The notes below the pieces were generated by a model, which had not been told where the DNA came from, searched no databases, and was given only the letters and a program-made list of their open reading frames with translations. From Eledone cirrhosa (taxonomy: Eukaryota): a stretch of 64,000 nucleotides of DNA. This document shows positions 61,141 to 64,000 of the stretch, piece after piece. Each line of letters begins with the position of its first letter. Position 1 is the first letter of the stretch. Position numbers and translations under genes: made by a program. The DNA lies in contig OZ024740.1 of assembly GCA_964016885.1 (NCBI GenBank), positions 441,130,001 through 441,194,000 of the forward strand, written 5' to 3'.

Positions 61141-62738
61141 AGGCTTAGAATACCCGTCTTTCAATTGATCTTTTAAAATTATCAACAGATTTTCATTTTT
61201 TTATTTAGAAAGAGAGAAATGTAAATAGCTAGATTGTTATACGATGTTTTATGTCAGTAAGTAGTGGCGGACTGGCCTGGTTGCCAGGTTGCCTAATGGT
61301 AGCATTGCAAGAGCCCACAGCATCATTGCAGGGCCCACTATAGTATTTTAGGAGCCAATGCTTTGCTTTCAAAAAATACCTGAAATCTAAGATAAAGAAT
61401 AAGGTTTTAAAACAATAAATAAAACAATTAAGGAAAGCATTTGGTTAACCAAATACCCCAGGGTATTACTGGAATCCAAATATACCATAGTGCAAGTAGC
61501 TGGAATCAAGGTTTGTACATTCTACTAAATCTAAAGCTTAATGTATTCATTCATGCAGGCAAACATACATATATAGACACACACAAGCATATGTATATAT
61601 ATATTTATATACTTACACACGAAATACTAACTAAATAATATTTGGTATCAATGGGTTAAAGACATCTGTCAAATCAATTAGTGATGATGGAGGGGGAGAA
61701 ATTAGGTGGAACAGAAATGAAACATGGATTACAGGTTAAAATATAGTCTAGATAGATGAGAAACAAAACGAGGATGTAGTTTTTGGAACACCCAAATGAT
61801 TTAGAGGTCGACCTTAAGTAGGAGCAATAACATTAAGAAAGTCATGAACGAAACCACAACACTTCGGTTTGAACATTTTAAAAGTAGGTTTATAAGTATG
61901 AATTTTCGTAAGATATTCGTAGTTGTCTCTGTGGCCTAGCGGTAAGTACTAGAGACCGTAGAGATCCTGTCCTTGGGTTCAATCCTGGTCAAGAGTTACA
62001 TGTATTCTTTTTTCAGTATTTATTTTACAACCCATAGAAACTATAAACTGAAAAGGTTTACGGAGAACACTACTCCCGACCTGTACAATCATCAGGTAAC
62101 GAACTATGTGACATTTGGTGCCACCAGAAAAGATGGTGTAATGGTATTATCTTACTCTTATTATTCATTAACAAATAACTGTTCTCCTTAGTAGAGCTCT
62201 TAATTTCTTCCTGAAATGTCTGCCAGAGATCTAGAAATTCCAATATTCTGTTATACACATCTCACTAAGTAGAATGGTAAGATCAATGTCGTCTGATTAT
62301 AGTTTTGAGATGTGATAAATCTAAAAATCAGAACACTAATTCTTCGTTGGTACTACTGTGATGAGGTAATGACGCTGAATGGATAACTAGCGGGTATATA
62401 TAGACACATCAGGAAATCACAATTAAATCTAGTGTATCACGTGATACGTCATATGCTGCAAATATCACAACGAGATCTAACAACGAGAAAGATAAAATGG
62501 AGAATATAAAACCAAAATGGAAGACGGGATAAATGTGTAAAATTCGAGAAATGAAACAAATATATATCTGTAATAGATAATAGAATTAAATAGCATAATA
62601 TTATGTTCTATATAACCTGGTAAGATGGATGTTTAATTATAAACTTTAGAGAAACTGTAGAAGATGAGAAAAACAACATTCTATACTGAGTTGGAAAGTT
62701 GATATTTCATTTGTAAATAAAAAAAATAAAACATACGT

Positions 62739-62820
62739 CGCTGCGGGCAGGATTCGAACCTGCGCGGGTAACACCCATTGGATTTCAAGTCCAACGCCTT
62801 AACCACTCGGCCACCACAGC
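62739..62820 (-). tRNA. tRNA-Ser(TGA)
   Basis: Identical to 57689-57770. Confidence 0.96.
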
Positions 62821-64000
62821 AGGCTTAGAATACCCGTCTTTCAATTGATCTTTTAAAATTATCAACAGATTTTCATTTTTTTATTTAGAAAGAGAGAAAT
62901 GTAAATAGCTAGATTGTTATACGATGTTTTATGTCAGTAAGTAGTGGCGGACTGGCCTGGTTGCCAGGTTGCCTAATGGTAGCATTGCAAGAGCCCACAG
63001 CATCATTGCAGGGCCCACTATAGTATTTTAGGAGCCAATGCTTTGCTTTCAAAAAATACCTGAAATATAAGATAAAGAATAAGGTTTTAAAACAATAAAT
63101 AAAACAATTAAGGAAAGCATTTGGTCAACCAAATACCCCAGGGTATTACTGGAATCCAAATATACCATAGTGCAAGTAGCTGGAATCAAGGTTTGTACAT
63201 TCTACTAAATCTAAAGCTTAATGTATTCATTCAAGCAGGCAAACATACATATATAGACACACACACACAAGCATATGTATATATATATTTATATACTTGC
63301 ACACGAAATACTAACTAAATAATATTTGGTATCAATGGGTTAAAGACATCTGTCAAATCAATTAGTGATGATGGAGGGGGAGAAATTAGGTGGAACAGAA
63401 ATGAAACATGGATTACAGGTTAAAATATAGTCTAGATAGATGAGAAACAAAACGAGGATGTAGTTTTTGGAACACCCAAATGATTTAGAGGTCGACCTTA
63501 AGTAGGAGCAATAACATTAAGAAAGTCATGAACGAAACCACAACACTTCGGTTTGAACATTTTAAAAGTAGGTTTATAAGTATGAATTTTCGTAAGATGT
63601 TCGTAGTTGTCTCTGTGGCCTAGCGGTAAGTACTAGAGACCGTAGAGATCCTGTCCTTGGGTTCAATCCTGGTCAAGAGTTACATGTATTCTTTTTTCAG
63701 TATTTATTTTACAACCCATAGAAACTATAAACTGAAAAGGTTTACGGAGAACACTACTCCCGACCTGTACAATCATCAGGTAACGAACTATGTGACATTT
63801 GGTGCCATCAGAAAAGATGGTGTAATGGTATTATCTTACTCTTATTATTCATTAACAAATAACTGTTCTCCTTAGTAGAGCTCTTAATTTCTTCCTGAAA
63901 TGTCTGCCAGAGATCTAGAAATTCCAATATTCTGTTATACACATCTCACTAAGTAGAATGGTAAGATCAATGTCGTCTGATTATAGTTTTGAGATGTGAT

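Larger units (their letters stand above)
56022..64000. repeat. ~1685-bp tandem tRNA-gene array, continuing beyond the window
   Basis: tRNA gene spacings are 1685, 1685 and 1680 bp; units differ at only a few positions; the leftmost unit is diverged and deleted. Confidence 0.97.

Noticed and set aside
56385-63875. Repeated 62-72-aa ORFs in the tRNA array spacers
   Set aside because: Short, non-ATG starts, AT-rich and microsatellite-containing; one copy is frameshifted (61441). They recur only because the unit is repeated.
56022-64000. 5S rRNA, U snRNA or spliced-leader genes in the 1685-bp unit
   Set aside because: No recognisable conserved sequence on either strand by eye; an Rfam scan would be needed to exclude divergent RNAs.

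Overview
Eukaryotic, repeat-only window with no host protein-coding gene. The SINE, mariner and microsatellite content suggests a cephalopod, probably Octopus (recalled similarity, not searched). From left to right: (1) 1-13139, a head-to-tail array of a 6080-bp Tx1/L1-clade LINE on the minus strand, made of one copy running off the window, one intact copy and one ORF1-only copy, all joined by the same 54-bp degenerate (AAT)n linker; (2) 13.1-15.4 kb, microsatellites, a tRNA-Ser pseudogene, a decayed CRE-like restriction-like-endonuclease retrotransposon and two SINEs; (3) 15411-55406, a ~40-kb array of a 38-bp satellite with nested higher-order repeats, including three near-identical 5079-bp 134-mers; (4) mariner and RTE remnants; (5) ~56020 to the end, a ~1685-bp tandem array with one tRNA-Ser(TGA) gene and one degenerate tRNA-like Pol III unit per repeat. 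The most notable items are the microsatellite-linked Tx1 array with its structured 5' UTR (UUCG and GNRA tetraloops), the hierarchical satellite, and homologous tRNA-Ser units facing each other across the satellite.
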